A stretch of 17,104 nt of DNA from Promethearchaeota archaeon (GCA_048939465.1 JBHLPL010000036.1:1-17104), one strand, 5' to 3'; shown: positions 7,420-15,170, counted from the stretch's first letter. The notes: generated by a model not told the origin, from the sequence alone. Numbers and translations are program-made.

Positions 7420-9404
7420 CGGTCATGATCTGCCGGACAGTTATCCAAACTCCAGTAAATTACTGGAATGTCTGCCACGTATTTACCCCCCAGAACCTTC
7501 GGCATGGCAACAAGTATGCTGTCAAAAGTCGGGCCTCTGATTTTTACCCTATAGGGAGTTTTGTCTCCATTGCTTACTATGTGAAAGCATAGCTCCCCCC
7601 TTGCACTCTCAACACAATGAATTGCTTCCCCCTTAGGAAGGCGGGAAAACGGTGTGAACTTTTTGCCATTCCCCATTGTGCTTTCGGCTATTTCACCCTT
7701 TGGCATCTTTTCAAGAGCATTGTCAATTATCCTGAGACTTTCTTCCATTTCTTTTCGCCTACACAATGCCCTAGAATATGCGTCTCCCTTATCCAAACTT
7801 GCAACATCAAAATCCAGTTCGGTGAAGGCTTCGTAGGGCATGGTTTTCCTTATATCAAATTCAAAGGCCGAGGCCCTCGCATTTGGACCAGTTACATCTA
7901 GGTCTATGGCCATATCCCTGGGCAACTTCCCTATTTCCTTTGTCCTAGTTTTGAATGTTGGGTTATTAAAGCACAAATCATCGAAAAACTTGAGTTGTTT
8001 CTCCATATACTTCTTTACTTCCCCAAACTTCTCTTCGAAATCTGGGGGCATATCGCTCCTCACACCGCCCGGTATATTATAAATATGATATATTCTACTC
8101 TTAGTTAGTTTTTCCAATAGTAAGAGAATTTTCTCCCTTTCACCCCAAGTGATTTTTGTTACGGTGTCAAAACCTGCTGCCGAAGCTATCAGACCCAAGT
8201 TCAGTAAGTGGCTTTGTATTCTGCTCAGTTCACCGTGAACCACCCTAAGATACTTCGCTCTCCGTGGTACTTCAATCCCAGCCAGCTTGTCTAAAGCGCC
8301 TATGTAGGCTAATTCGTAACTTGCACCATCGAGCACGCATACACGTTGGACGAGCATAATATTTTGCCACCAAGTCCGGTACTCCATAAGTTTTTCAAAC
8401 CCTCTGTGGAGATAGCCCGGATTCGGTCTTACGCTCTTGATGGTTTCCCCGTCAAGCTTAAAATATACATTGAAGTTGCCTGAAGCTGGATGTTGAGATC
8501 CAAAGGGTATTGAGTACTCTCCTGGCTCTCTAGTTTCCCCTTGATATGGCGGAAGATCAAGAAAACCTTTTTCCTTATTTACCTTCTCTTCTTTGCCCAT
8601 ATATCCACCTTGAATAGCGTGGATAGCCATTAAGATTGCTAATCCTATCGGTTCTGGTCTGGGCGGACAGCCGGCTATCATTATGTCTACAGGTATGTAT
8701 CTTTCAAGGTCCTTTATGGTGTTATAGCTATCCCAGTAGGTTCCTCCATTGATCGGACAGCAACCCAGCGTCATTACGTATTTGGGACGGGGCATCTGTT
8801 GATAGATACGGATTATCCTTCTAAGGGTTTTTACTGTTACATAGCCGCCTATAAGCAACACATCGGAGTGTCTAGGTGAACCTTTGGCTAGCAGTCCAAA
8901 CCTTTCCATATCAAAACCACTGCTTACCCAAGGGACGGCTTCTATGAAGCAACAGCCAGTGAAGTAATTGTTGATCCATAAGCTACGTGAGATAGCCCAG
9001 TTCTTGATTCCCTTAATCTTAGGAGGTACTGGATGTTCAAGCTTTGGAGGCTCTGAAAGCTTTTCTGGCGGATAAACTAGCTCGTCCTTATTGTGAACGA
9101 CTAGAAACGGAAAATTCGAGAATGTGAGTGCCCCGCGGGAGCATATGTCAACACATAACCCGCAAAAGCAGCATTTACTGTAATCTATTTGGGGGTATAG
9201 TTTCTTCTCTCCGTTCTTTTTCCTTTCAACCATCTCGATGGCCAAGTTTGGACAAATCCTCTCGCAGAGCTTGCAGCCTATACACTCTTCCATGTCAAGA
9301 ATATGTCTCCCCCTGAAGCCTTCCGAAAGAGGCGTCTCAGGTGGGAAATTGAAGGTTATGGGCTTGTCCTTCAGCATTTTAAATTCTGCTTTGAAGAGGC
9401 TCAT
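7416..9404 (-). CDS. Triple fusion NuoI/MbxN + NuoB/MbxJ + NuoD/MbxL (complex I / sulfane reductase-like catalytic headpiece)
   Basis: N-terminal region: two ferredoxin-type motifs, CIGCKLCERICP and CCFCGLCVDIC. Middle: NuoB motifs TGCCFIE, FDMERFG, GCCPINGG, AGCPPRPE. C-terminal region: NuoD motifs GSQHP, GYLHRGFEKL, ELSRIQSHL, ESARGE, ending DNCPADHDR*. One uninterrupted 662-aa frame with GGTGA upstream. Confidence 0.92.
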   Translation of the reverse strand: MSLFKAEFKMLKDKPITFNFPPETPLSEGFRGRHILDMEECIGCKLCERICPNLAIEMVERKKNGEKKLYPQIDYSKCCFCGLCVDICSRGALTFSNFPFLVVHNKDELVYPPEKLSEPPKLEHPVPPKIKGIKNWAISRSLWINNYFTGCCFIEAVPWVSSGFDMERFGLLAKGSPRHSDVLLIGGYVTVKTLRRIIRIYQQMPRPKYVMTLGCCPINGGTYWDSYNTIKDLERYIPVDIMIAGCPPRPEPIGLAILMAIHAIQGGYMGKEEKVNKEKGFLDLPPYQGETREPGEYSIPFGSQHPASGNFNVYFKLDGETIKSVRPNPGYLHRGFEKLMEYRTWWQNIMLVQRVCVLDGASYELAYIGALDKLAGIEVPRRAKYLRVVHGELSRIQSHLLNLGLIASAAGFDTVTKITWGEREKILLLLEKLTKSRIYHIYNIPGGVRSDMPPDFEEKFGEVKKYMEKQLKFFDDLCFNNPTFKTRTKEIGKLPRDMAIDLDVTGPNARASAFEFDIRKTMPYEAFTELDFDVASLDKGDAYSRALCRRKEMEESLRIIDNALEKMPKGEIAESTMGNGKKFTPFSRLPKGEAIHCVESARGELCFHIVSNGDKTPYRVKIRGPTFDSILVAMPKVLGGKYVADIPVIYWSLDNCPADHDR

Positions 9405-9416
9405 AACTCATTTCAC

Positions 9417-9890
9417 CTACGGAGCACTTTCATAAGTCTCCTTCACGTATTTCTTCCAATCAAACTCCTTTCTAAAAGGTGGTGGACCGTCCCACTTCTC
9501 AAGAAACAGTGGTTTTAACATGGCATTTCCATCAAAAGTAATTCCAAACAGTTCCCAGATTTCCCGTTCATGCATGGCGCTGTTTTCCCACAGCGAAGAT
9601 AAGCTTCGAATCCTGGTTTCATCTCTTGGTATTCTTGCAGCAACTTTGGCGTACAAATTCTTCGTAGGATTGTGAACTATATAATATATCTCAAATTCCT
9701 TTTCCTCCAGCCAGTCAACGGCTGAAACTGTTAGAAGCCTTCTAAAGCCCTTGTTCTTTAAAAATTCTGCAACTCCGCTATAATTGACCTTAGATACCCT
9801 GATAAATAGGAATCTGCCCTTGATCTCGCATTCAGCATTAAAATGCGTTTCTAACTCTTTAGAGATTTCATGAGAAATGAAATCTTTCGT
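9417..9890 (-). CDS. nuoC: NuoC/MbxK-like subunit (start codon uncertain)
   Basis: The frame is open from 9893 to the TAG at 9417: PTKDFISHEISKELETHF...GFRRLLTVSAVDWLEEKEFEIYYIVH...SLWENSAMHEREIWELFGITFDGN..LKPLFL. These are classic NuoC motifs. The track shows only the last 79 aa because no in-frame ATG/GTG/TTG occurs earlier; ACG at 9890 follows a G6A tract. Confidence 0.85.
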   Translation of the reverse strand, partial: TKDFISHEISKELETHFNAECEIKGRFLFIRVSKVNYSGVAEFLKNKGFRRLLTVSAVDWLEEKEFEIYYIVHNPTKNLYAKVAARIPRDETRIRSLSSLWENSAMHEREIWELFGITFDGNAMLKPLFLEKWDGPPPFRKEFDWKKYVKETYESAP

Positions 9891-9933
9891 GGGCTATCCC
9901 CCCTGGCTAAGCTTTACCACAGAGATAGTTCTG

Positions 9934-9950
9934 AGTATTTAAGTTTTGCT
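9934..9950 (-). promoter_or_regulatory. BRE + TATA box of the nuoC / nuoI-B-D operon
   Basis: AGCAAAACTTAAATACT on the minus strand. The 12-mer AACTTAAATACT recurs exactly at 13480-13491. Confidence 0.55.
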
Positions 9951-10084
9951 AGTAGAGATTTTTCTGCCCTTATGTTAATGTAAGAAGCTATCGGCTGATC
10001 TCTCCCAGTAGGAGTTAGTACAAGCTTTGAGACAATAAAGTTAAAAATGAAAAGGCATGAGTATCTTCAGAAGGAGGGAAAAGA

Positions 10085-11200
10085 TTGGAGTCTCCTGACT
10101 ATGTGAGGCTTAGTAATGCAGCAGATATTACTTTGGGCTATAGTCAAGGGAGATTTTGGAAGAATGCCAAGTTATTCTGCATAAATGTTCTCCTTTATTT
10201 TGAGGATGGATGCAAAGCCAACTGTCTTTATTGCGGTCAGGGAAGAGACACCTCAAGCTCTGCAATATGCAAGTCACTGATCAGGGTTGAATGGCCTCTG
10301 AGGCCGTTGGATGAGAGCATAGAGAAGTTCAGAGAGAGATATGTGGGTTCTGGATCATTTCACAGACCGTACAGATTCTGCGTAAGCACAATAACGCATG
10401 CAAAAGCTGTTAAAGCCGAGATCGAGGTCGTTGAGAGAATTCAACGCGAGCTAAGAGTTCCGGTATCGGCTCTGATTTCGCCAACCATTTTCACAAGAGA
10501 AGCGATGGAACAACTAAGAGAAGCGGGAGCAGAACGAATAGGGATTGCAATCGACTGTGCCAACAAAGATTCATTCTTTGCACTGAGGGGAAAAGGAGCC
10601 CACGGGCCCCACAGATATGATAGATATCTTGAAGGAGTCAGAGAAGCGGTTGACATTTTTGGTCCGGGAAAGCCAGGCATTCATCTAATCGTAGGTCTAG
10701 GCGAGACGGAGGAAGAAGCTATTAATTTGATACGGAGTGTAGATGACATGGGCGCGGAGACTCACCTATTCTCATTCTATCCAGAGCCTGAAAGCCTGCT
10801 TTCGGAATGGAAAAGACCAGACATCGGTCAGTACAGACGCATTCAACTAGCAAGATACATCATAAATAACAGAATGGCAGATCCCGACTGCATGGAGTTC
10901 AACGAGCAGGGCCAGATAGTGGGATTCGGTCTAAGCGAGAGATTCCTGCGGAGAATCTGTGAGAATGGCGAGCCGTTCATGACCTCAGGATGCCCGGGAT
11001 GTAATCGTCCGTTCGCCAACGAAAGACCTGGTGAGGTCATCAGAAATTTCCCGTACCATTTATCTATAAAGGAATCAAAAACCGCATTCAAACAAGCACG
11101 GATATACGAAGAGCCAAAGAATACGTTCAAGCATTTAGAGAAATATGTGCAGGGAAAGACCAGAGAAAAAGCGAAGGAAATATCAGTTCTCAGTGCCTAG
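10085..11200 (+). CDS. lipS2: Radical SAM enzyme, LipS2-type archaeal lipoyl synthase subunit
   Basis: CKANCLYC (CX3CX2C), a biotin-synthase-like core, and C-terminal TSGCPGCNRP, matching the TxGCPxC(N/D)RP motif described for LipS2 homologs of Thermococcus kodakarensis. TTG start after GGAGG. Confidence 0.8.
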   Translation: MESPDYVRLSNAADITLGYSQGRFWKNAKLFCINVLLYFEDGCKANCLYCGQGRDTSSSAICKSLIRVEWPLRPLDESIEKFRERYVGSGSFHRPYRFCVSTITHAKAVKAEIEVVERIQRELRVPVSALISPTIFTREAMEQLREAGAERIGIAIDCANKDSFFALRGKGAHGPHRYDRYLEGVREAVDIFGPGKPGIHLIVGLGETEEEAINLIRSVDDMGAETHLFSFYPEPESLLSEWKRPDIGQYRRIQLARYIINNRMADPDCMEFNEQGQIVGFGLSERFLRRICENGEPFMTSGCPGCNRPFANERPGEVIRNFPYHLSIKESKTAFKQARIYEEPKNTFKHLEKYVQGKTREKAKEISVLSA

Positions 11201-11298
11201 AATTCTTGTGTTCACCGCTTCATGATGATTTTCGGGTATCTACGTATCTCAGAGTACATCCTTGTTTGGGTTTAATTGCTCTGTGGAGGGGAATATTG

Positions 11299-11625
11299 AT
11301 GAAATCATGTCCAAGATGTGGAAAAGAAGTGCAGAAGGATGCAAGCTACTGCGTTCATTGTGGAGCTTACCTTGAGAGCCTTTGGGAGGAAGAATATTCA
11401 GTCCCTTCAGATGGACTAATTGAGAGAATTAAGAAGCTTATTCATGAGGGAAACGTCAGAAGGATTGTGGTTAAGAACGAAGAAGGAAAAATCCTGATCG
11501 AAATACCGGTATCATTAGGAATAATAGGGGCAATTCTGGCCCCGTGGTTGGCAGCTCTCGGGGCAATTGCTGCAATAGCTTCAAAATGCACAATAGTTGT
11601 AGAAAGAAGGGGAAAAGAAGGCTAG
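11299..11625 (+). CDS. Zinc-ribbon + DUF4342-domain protein
   Basis: CPRCG...YCVHCG ribbon, then IKKLIHEGNVRRIVVK...EIPVSLG...LAPWLAALG...CTIVVER. GGAGGGG precedes ATG 11299, so the track's start at 11206 is probably too long. Confidence 0.8.
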   Translation: MKSCPRCGKEVQKDASYCVHCGAYLESLWEEEYSVPSDGLIERIKKLIHEGNVRRIVVKNEEGKILIEIPVSLGIIGAILAPWLAALGAIAAIASKCTIVVERRGKEG

Positions 11626-11642
11626 AGAAGCGCGGCAAGGGA

Positions 11643-12503
11643 CTACTCAAACTTGCTTTCAAAGTCTTTTGCAAATTTTGAATCCGAGTAAGCTTTTAAG
11701 CGTTCAGTGGTGGTTGAATAAATATCGATTACTTCTTCTTCGACCATGAGTGGATTCTCCGCTATCCGCGAGTCAATTTCACTCAGTCTCTTTATCAGGA
11801 TTCTTCTTTCCTCTGGGGGCATAACGCTGGGATCTGTCATGGCAGCTGCCCTAGTGTCAATCTTCGCATCCAGAAGGTATTTGAATGCCACAAATGGAAG
11901 TTCGTAGAATTTTCCAATAGCTCCCGTTCTCTCTGTAAATCCCTCAGGAGTAGCTGCTTTGAAGGATACTCTGACATACAGCTTGTCTGCAAAAGGCTTA
12001 AGCTGGTTAACATAATCCTTATCAGCACCAAAGAGAACACCATTCGTTTCCAAAATGAAAAGAGGATACTCTGAATCCATCACTCGTTCCAGAACGGAAA
12101 GCAAATGCTCTTTCCCAATCGTGGGCTCGCACCCTGACAATCTAAGCTTGTTGATCTTAAGATGCTTGAACCGCTCCCACCCGCGAGCAGTTATTCCTTC
12201 TTTGGCGGCCTTGAAAAGCCCTTCAGCCACTCCTTGTGGGGAATAGAATTCGCCAAATTTCTCAGGAAAATCTCTAGACCAGTTGCCCCAGCAGTAGATG
12301 CAACGCAGACAACAGCCTGCTGCGTAGCCAGTTGCGATTCCTCTGTAGACTGGGGCAGAATAAATGCCAGTGTACTTTCTTTCTAGTCCTTCCGGACCAG
12401 GTCTAGTCACAATCTTCTCGGTTTCTTTGGCCAATTCAAGTGGATTAAAAGGCTCCGAATCTGAGCTAAAAAGACGAGGATATTCTTTCATTCTTCTAGT
12501 CAA
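11643..12503 (-). CDS. Radical SAM protein of unknown function (archaeal predicted Fe-S oxidoreductase type)
   Basis: YRGIATGYAAGCCLRCIYCW (CX3CX2C), RLSGCEPT, ILETNG, VRVSFKA. No SPASM motif. The TTG overlaps the upstream stop; ATG 12491 is an alternative start. Confidence 0.85.
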   Translation of the reverse strand: MTRRMKEYPRLFSSDSEPFNPLELAKETEKIVTRPGPEGLERKYTGIYSAPVYRGIATGYAAGCCLRCIYCWGNWSRDFPEKFGEFYSPQGVAEGLFKAAKEGITARGWERFKHLKINKLRLSGCEPTIGKEHLLSVLERVMDSEYPLFILETNGVLFGADKDYVNQLKPFADKLYVRVSFKAATPEGFTERTGAIGKFYELPFVAFKYLLDAKIDTRAAAMTDPSVMPPEERRILIKRLSEIDSRIAENPLMVEEEVIDIYSTTTERLKAYSDSKFAKDFESKFE

Positions 12504-13282
12504 CTCACGTTTATGATTTTGATTTCGTTTAGATCAGCCACACCTAATCCTCTTGACTGAGCAAGCCTCAAATGATCTATCGATAGGGGATCATAGCCGA
12601 GCATGTTTGCTCCAACAGCGTCCGCAGCAACCAGATCCTTGGAAATTATGACTACTCCCACTTCCTTTGGCCTCGCTCGGAGTTCTCCTCCTGTTCCACC
12701 AACAATTCCGTCAATTATGGCTAAATCTGGTTTTATGTAGAAGTTTAGGTCTATAATGCTTTCACTGAGTCTTCGATGGAACCGCCCTTTTTTGAATACA
12801 GCACTGGTCTTATCTCCCAGAGTCGCGCCTAGCATATTCTTCAGGGAAAGGGTTACAGTAGTCAAGGAATGTGTTTTGAGAATTGGAACTGAGACTATGT
12901 AGGCATTTTCAAGAGTGATAGGAAACTCGAATTCCTTTACAAAAGAGGCTGACGGGTCTCTTCTGATTTCATACTTATCTTCATTAAGGTCTACGAGTTG
13001 TATGCCATACTCCTTCGCAATCTCAGAATAGCCTAACGCTTGATAAGCCTCCGAGGTTGTGCCCCATCCGGTGCCCTCAGCGATTATAACCTCAAACTCC
13101 TTATGAAAATACTTCACAATTGCTTCAATGGTCTGGCATGGTGTTGTTGTGGGGGGAGGTGAGCTGTTGATTAGGTTTGGTTTGAGGATGATTTTCTCTG
13201 GTTGGGGCTTCTCAAAATGCTTTAAGGCATTTGGTATCATTTTCTCAGGATTTTCTCCCTCTGCAATTATGACCCTAGACAA
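12500..13282 (-). CDS. DUF362-domain protein
   Basis: ILKPNL, IIAEG, VPILKTH, TLSLKNMLG, LAIIDG and DLVAADAV motifs typical of DUF362. Confidence 0.85.
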   Translation of the reverse strand: MSRVIIAEGENPEKMIPNALKHFEKPQPEKIILKPNLINSSPPPTTTPCQTIEAIVKYFHKEFEVIIAEGTGWGTTSEAYQALGYSEIAKEYGIQLVDLNEDKYEIRRDPSASFVKEFEFPITLENAYIVSVPILKTHSLTTVTLSLKNMLGATLGDKTSAVFKKGRFHRRLSESIIDLNFYIKPDLAIIDGIVGGTGGELRARPKEVGVVIISKDLVAADAVGANMLGYDPLSIDHLRLAQSRGLGVADLNEIKIINVS

Positions 13283-13283
13283 G

Positions 13284-13460
13284 AAAAAAACCCCAGCTAT
13301 CCTCTCATTGATTGAGTCATGATGTGAACTACTCCATCATTAGGATGGAGCTTCCTGTTTCATCCATCCCCCAGCGGGACACGTCTCTCAGGCTCCACGG
13401 ACAGTTCCTGCCCTGAAACCTTGTTTGCGAATTGGCGAGTGTTACGTCAGCTCAATTCCA
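13284..13460 (-). ncRNA. Candidate structured leader / small RNA
   Basis: Lies between a TATA box (13480-13491) and a T7 run (13290-13284). It contains several stems and no credible ORF; no RNA family recognised. Confidence 0.25.
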
Positions 13461-13479
13461 TATGGTTGTCTCAAAAACA

Positions 13480-13497
13480 AGTATTTAAGTTCCTCGC
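13480..13497 (-). promoter_or_regulatory. BRE + TATA box
   Basis: GCGAGGAACTTAAATACT on the minus strand, with the same core as 9934-9945. Confidence 0.5.
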
Positions 13498-13612
13498 AAA
13501 TCCTCTCCGCCTTTTCGGGCAGAGTCTCCTTGAAGGGATTCAGATGGACATCAGTCGATACGGCGCAGAAGTGTTGAAGATTGTTCTATAACGCCACGAA
13601 TACACATTGCGC

Positions 13613-13960
13613 CTAAAGACTTTTTCTTATATTGTCGAGTGTCTTCTTTGCAGAAGAATCCTTCAAGATTCCCCAAAGCCTGTCAAGTTTCGCACAGGCA
13701 TATTCGTCACAGTAAGCGCAGTTCACCACATCCCTCTCCATACAGCAACTCCTTACCTCGCAGGTTGAGCAGAAGCTAATTTGTCTTTTTCCGACTGCAA
13801 GACAGCCATCACAATTGATATCTTCAGGTTTCAGTACTTCTGTCTCTGACGACCAGGCTTTAGCAAGTTTCTTTTTTGCCTCATAATCGTTTTTCTGTGT
13901 GGCAATAAATCCGGGACACTCGGTGCAAGTAAGCCCACAGAAGGCAATCATTTTCTCCAA
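13613..13960 (-). CDS. DUF3795-domain Cys-rich protein
   Basis: AFCGLTCTECP, CDGC, CSTCEVRSCC, NCAYCDEYAC. TTG start after AGGAGG. Confidence 0.85.
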   Translation of the reverse strand: MEKMIAFCGLTCTECPGFIATQKNDYEAKKKLAKAWSSETEVLKPEDINCDGCLAVGKRQISFCSTCEVRSCCMERDVVNCAYCDEYACAKLDRLWGILKDSSAKKTLDNIRKSL

Positions 13961-14175
13961 GATTCCTACCTCCTTTTAATGAAGCATCTCTTTCTTCCTT
14001 CTAGCTTTTAAGCTTTGGAGACTCCAATATAAGTGACACAATTGAATATTAAATTACCTAGTTATTAAGAAGCCTCTCAATCCTACTGCCGTTCAAGCTA
14101 TCAGGATTATTTCTTCTTCTTAATTCAAAAAAGACAAACGCTTTTTTTGAAGCATGGTATATTGGGAATCTGATA

Positions 14176-14967
14176 CTAAAGAAGGCTCTTAACCAACCCT
14201 CCGTCAACTTGAATGGTTGTGCCAGTGACATAACTTGCTTTTTCTGAGGACAAGAAGACCACCAAATTGGCGATTTCCTCTGGCTGCGCGAGACGACCCA
14301 GTGGAATCTTTTGTTCCCAAGCTTCGTAGACTTCCTCTTCAGAGACACCATCTTCTATTGCTTTACTTCTGGCCAGCTCTCTTACCCTCTCCGTCAGCGT
14401 ATAACCGGGACCAACAACGTTAATCAGTATATTATCCTTGGCCATCTCATTTGATAAGCTCTTGGAGAGTCCCACAACGCCGGCGCGAACCGCATTGGAA
14501 AGAATTAGTCCATCGATCGGTTGCTTCACCGATACAGAAGTCATGTTTATTATTCTGCCCCACTTCTGCTTTTTCATATAGGGAATCACTGCTCTACAAA
14601 GATAAATTGTGCTCATAAGGTTTAGATCAACAGCCCTCTCCCAAGTCTCCTGAGGGATATCTTCAAAAATCCCAGTAGGAGGACCCCCTGAGTTGCTGAC
14701 GAGTATATCAATTCTGCCGAATTTCTCTGCTACACTTCGAACGAGTCTCTGAACATCTTCTTCTACCGTAACATCTACCCTGACAGCCAGAATTTCAACG
14801 CCTGTTTTTTCCCTTATCTCATCAGCTGTTGCTTTTAGAGCTTCTTCGCCTCTGGCACATATGGCTAATTTAGCGCCTTCTCGTGCAAGTGCCAGGGCTA
14901 TGGCCTTGCCAATCCCCTTGCTCGAAGCCGCAACGACAGCTACCTTACCATCAAGACCTAAATCCAA
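14176..14967 (-). CDS. Short-chain dehydrogenase/reductase (SDR)
   Basis: GKVAVVAASSKGIG, IDILVSNSG, INVVGPG, IPLGRLAQPEEIA..FLSS..ASYVTG..IQVDGG. TTG start after GGAGG. Confidence 0.92.
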   Translation of the reverse strand: MDLGLDGKVAVVAASSKGIGKAIALALAREGAKLAICARGEEALKATADEIREKTGVEILAVRVDVTVEEDVQRLVRSVAEKFGRIDILVSNSGGPPTGIFEDIPQETWERAVDLNLMSTIYLCRAVIPYMKKQKWGRIINMTSVSVKQPIDGLILSNAVRAGVVGLSKSLSNEMAKDNILINVVGPGYTLTERVRELARSKAIEDGVSEEEVYEAWEQKIPLGRLAQPEEIANLVVFLSSEKASYVTGTTIQVDGGLVKSLL

Positions 14968-15170
14968 TTCTCAACCTCCAGAACCGCTTCATAAGAGACT
15001 ATGCTTTGAAGGTCTTTCATTCATTGTTTTATACTTTTCTGTGGGCATTTGGTCATAGATGGCGAACACGCATGGGCTAAAGTGGTCTGGCCTAAGATGA
15101 AGGGTCGTAAATCTCGATCCTAAAAAGATATATATCCCATCCTGAATGTAGTACGGGGAGACGAGAGCAA

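Noticed and set aside
7416-9404. Calling the fusion a [NiFe] hydrogenase
   Set aside because: Only two of four Ni-binding Cys remain, there is no maturation extension, and no hyp genes are in the window.
7329-9518. Several plus-strand track ORFs (7329-7592, 7617-7901, 7654-7836, 7840-8082, 9128-9316, 9238-9435, 9303-9518)
   Set aside because: Antisense to the well-supported nuo-like genes.
9894-9920. Pyrrolysine readthrough of the TAG upstream of nuoC
   Set aside because: The predicted transcript start falls downstream of the GTG, no pyl genes are seen, and other genes here use TAG as a normal stop. Kept only as a minor alternative.
11220-11290. ATGATGA as the C box of a C/D sRNA
   Set aside because: No CTGA D box follows on the same strand.
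13361-13461. MELS-UGA-RNTR... as a selenoprotein
   Set aside because: No Cys-homolog context or recognisable SECIS, and the frame stops again after about 33 codons.
14176-14967. SDR with SNAVR in place of the catalytic YxxxK
   Set aside because: This substitution is typical of a known atypical SDR subgroup and is not novel.
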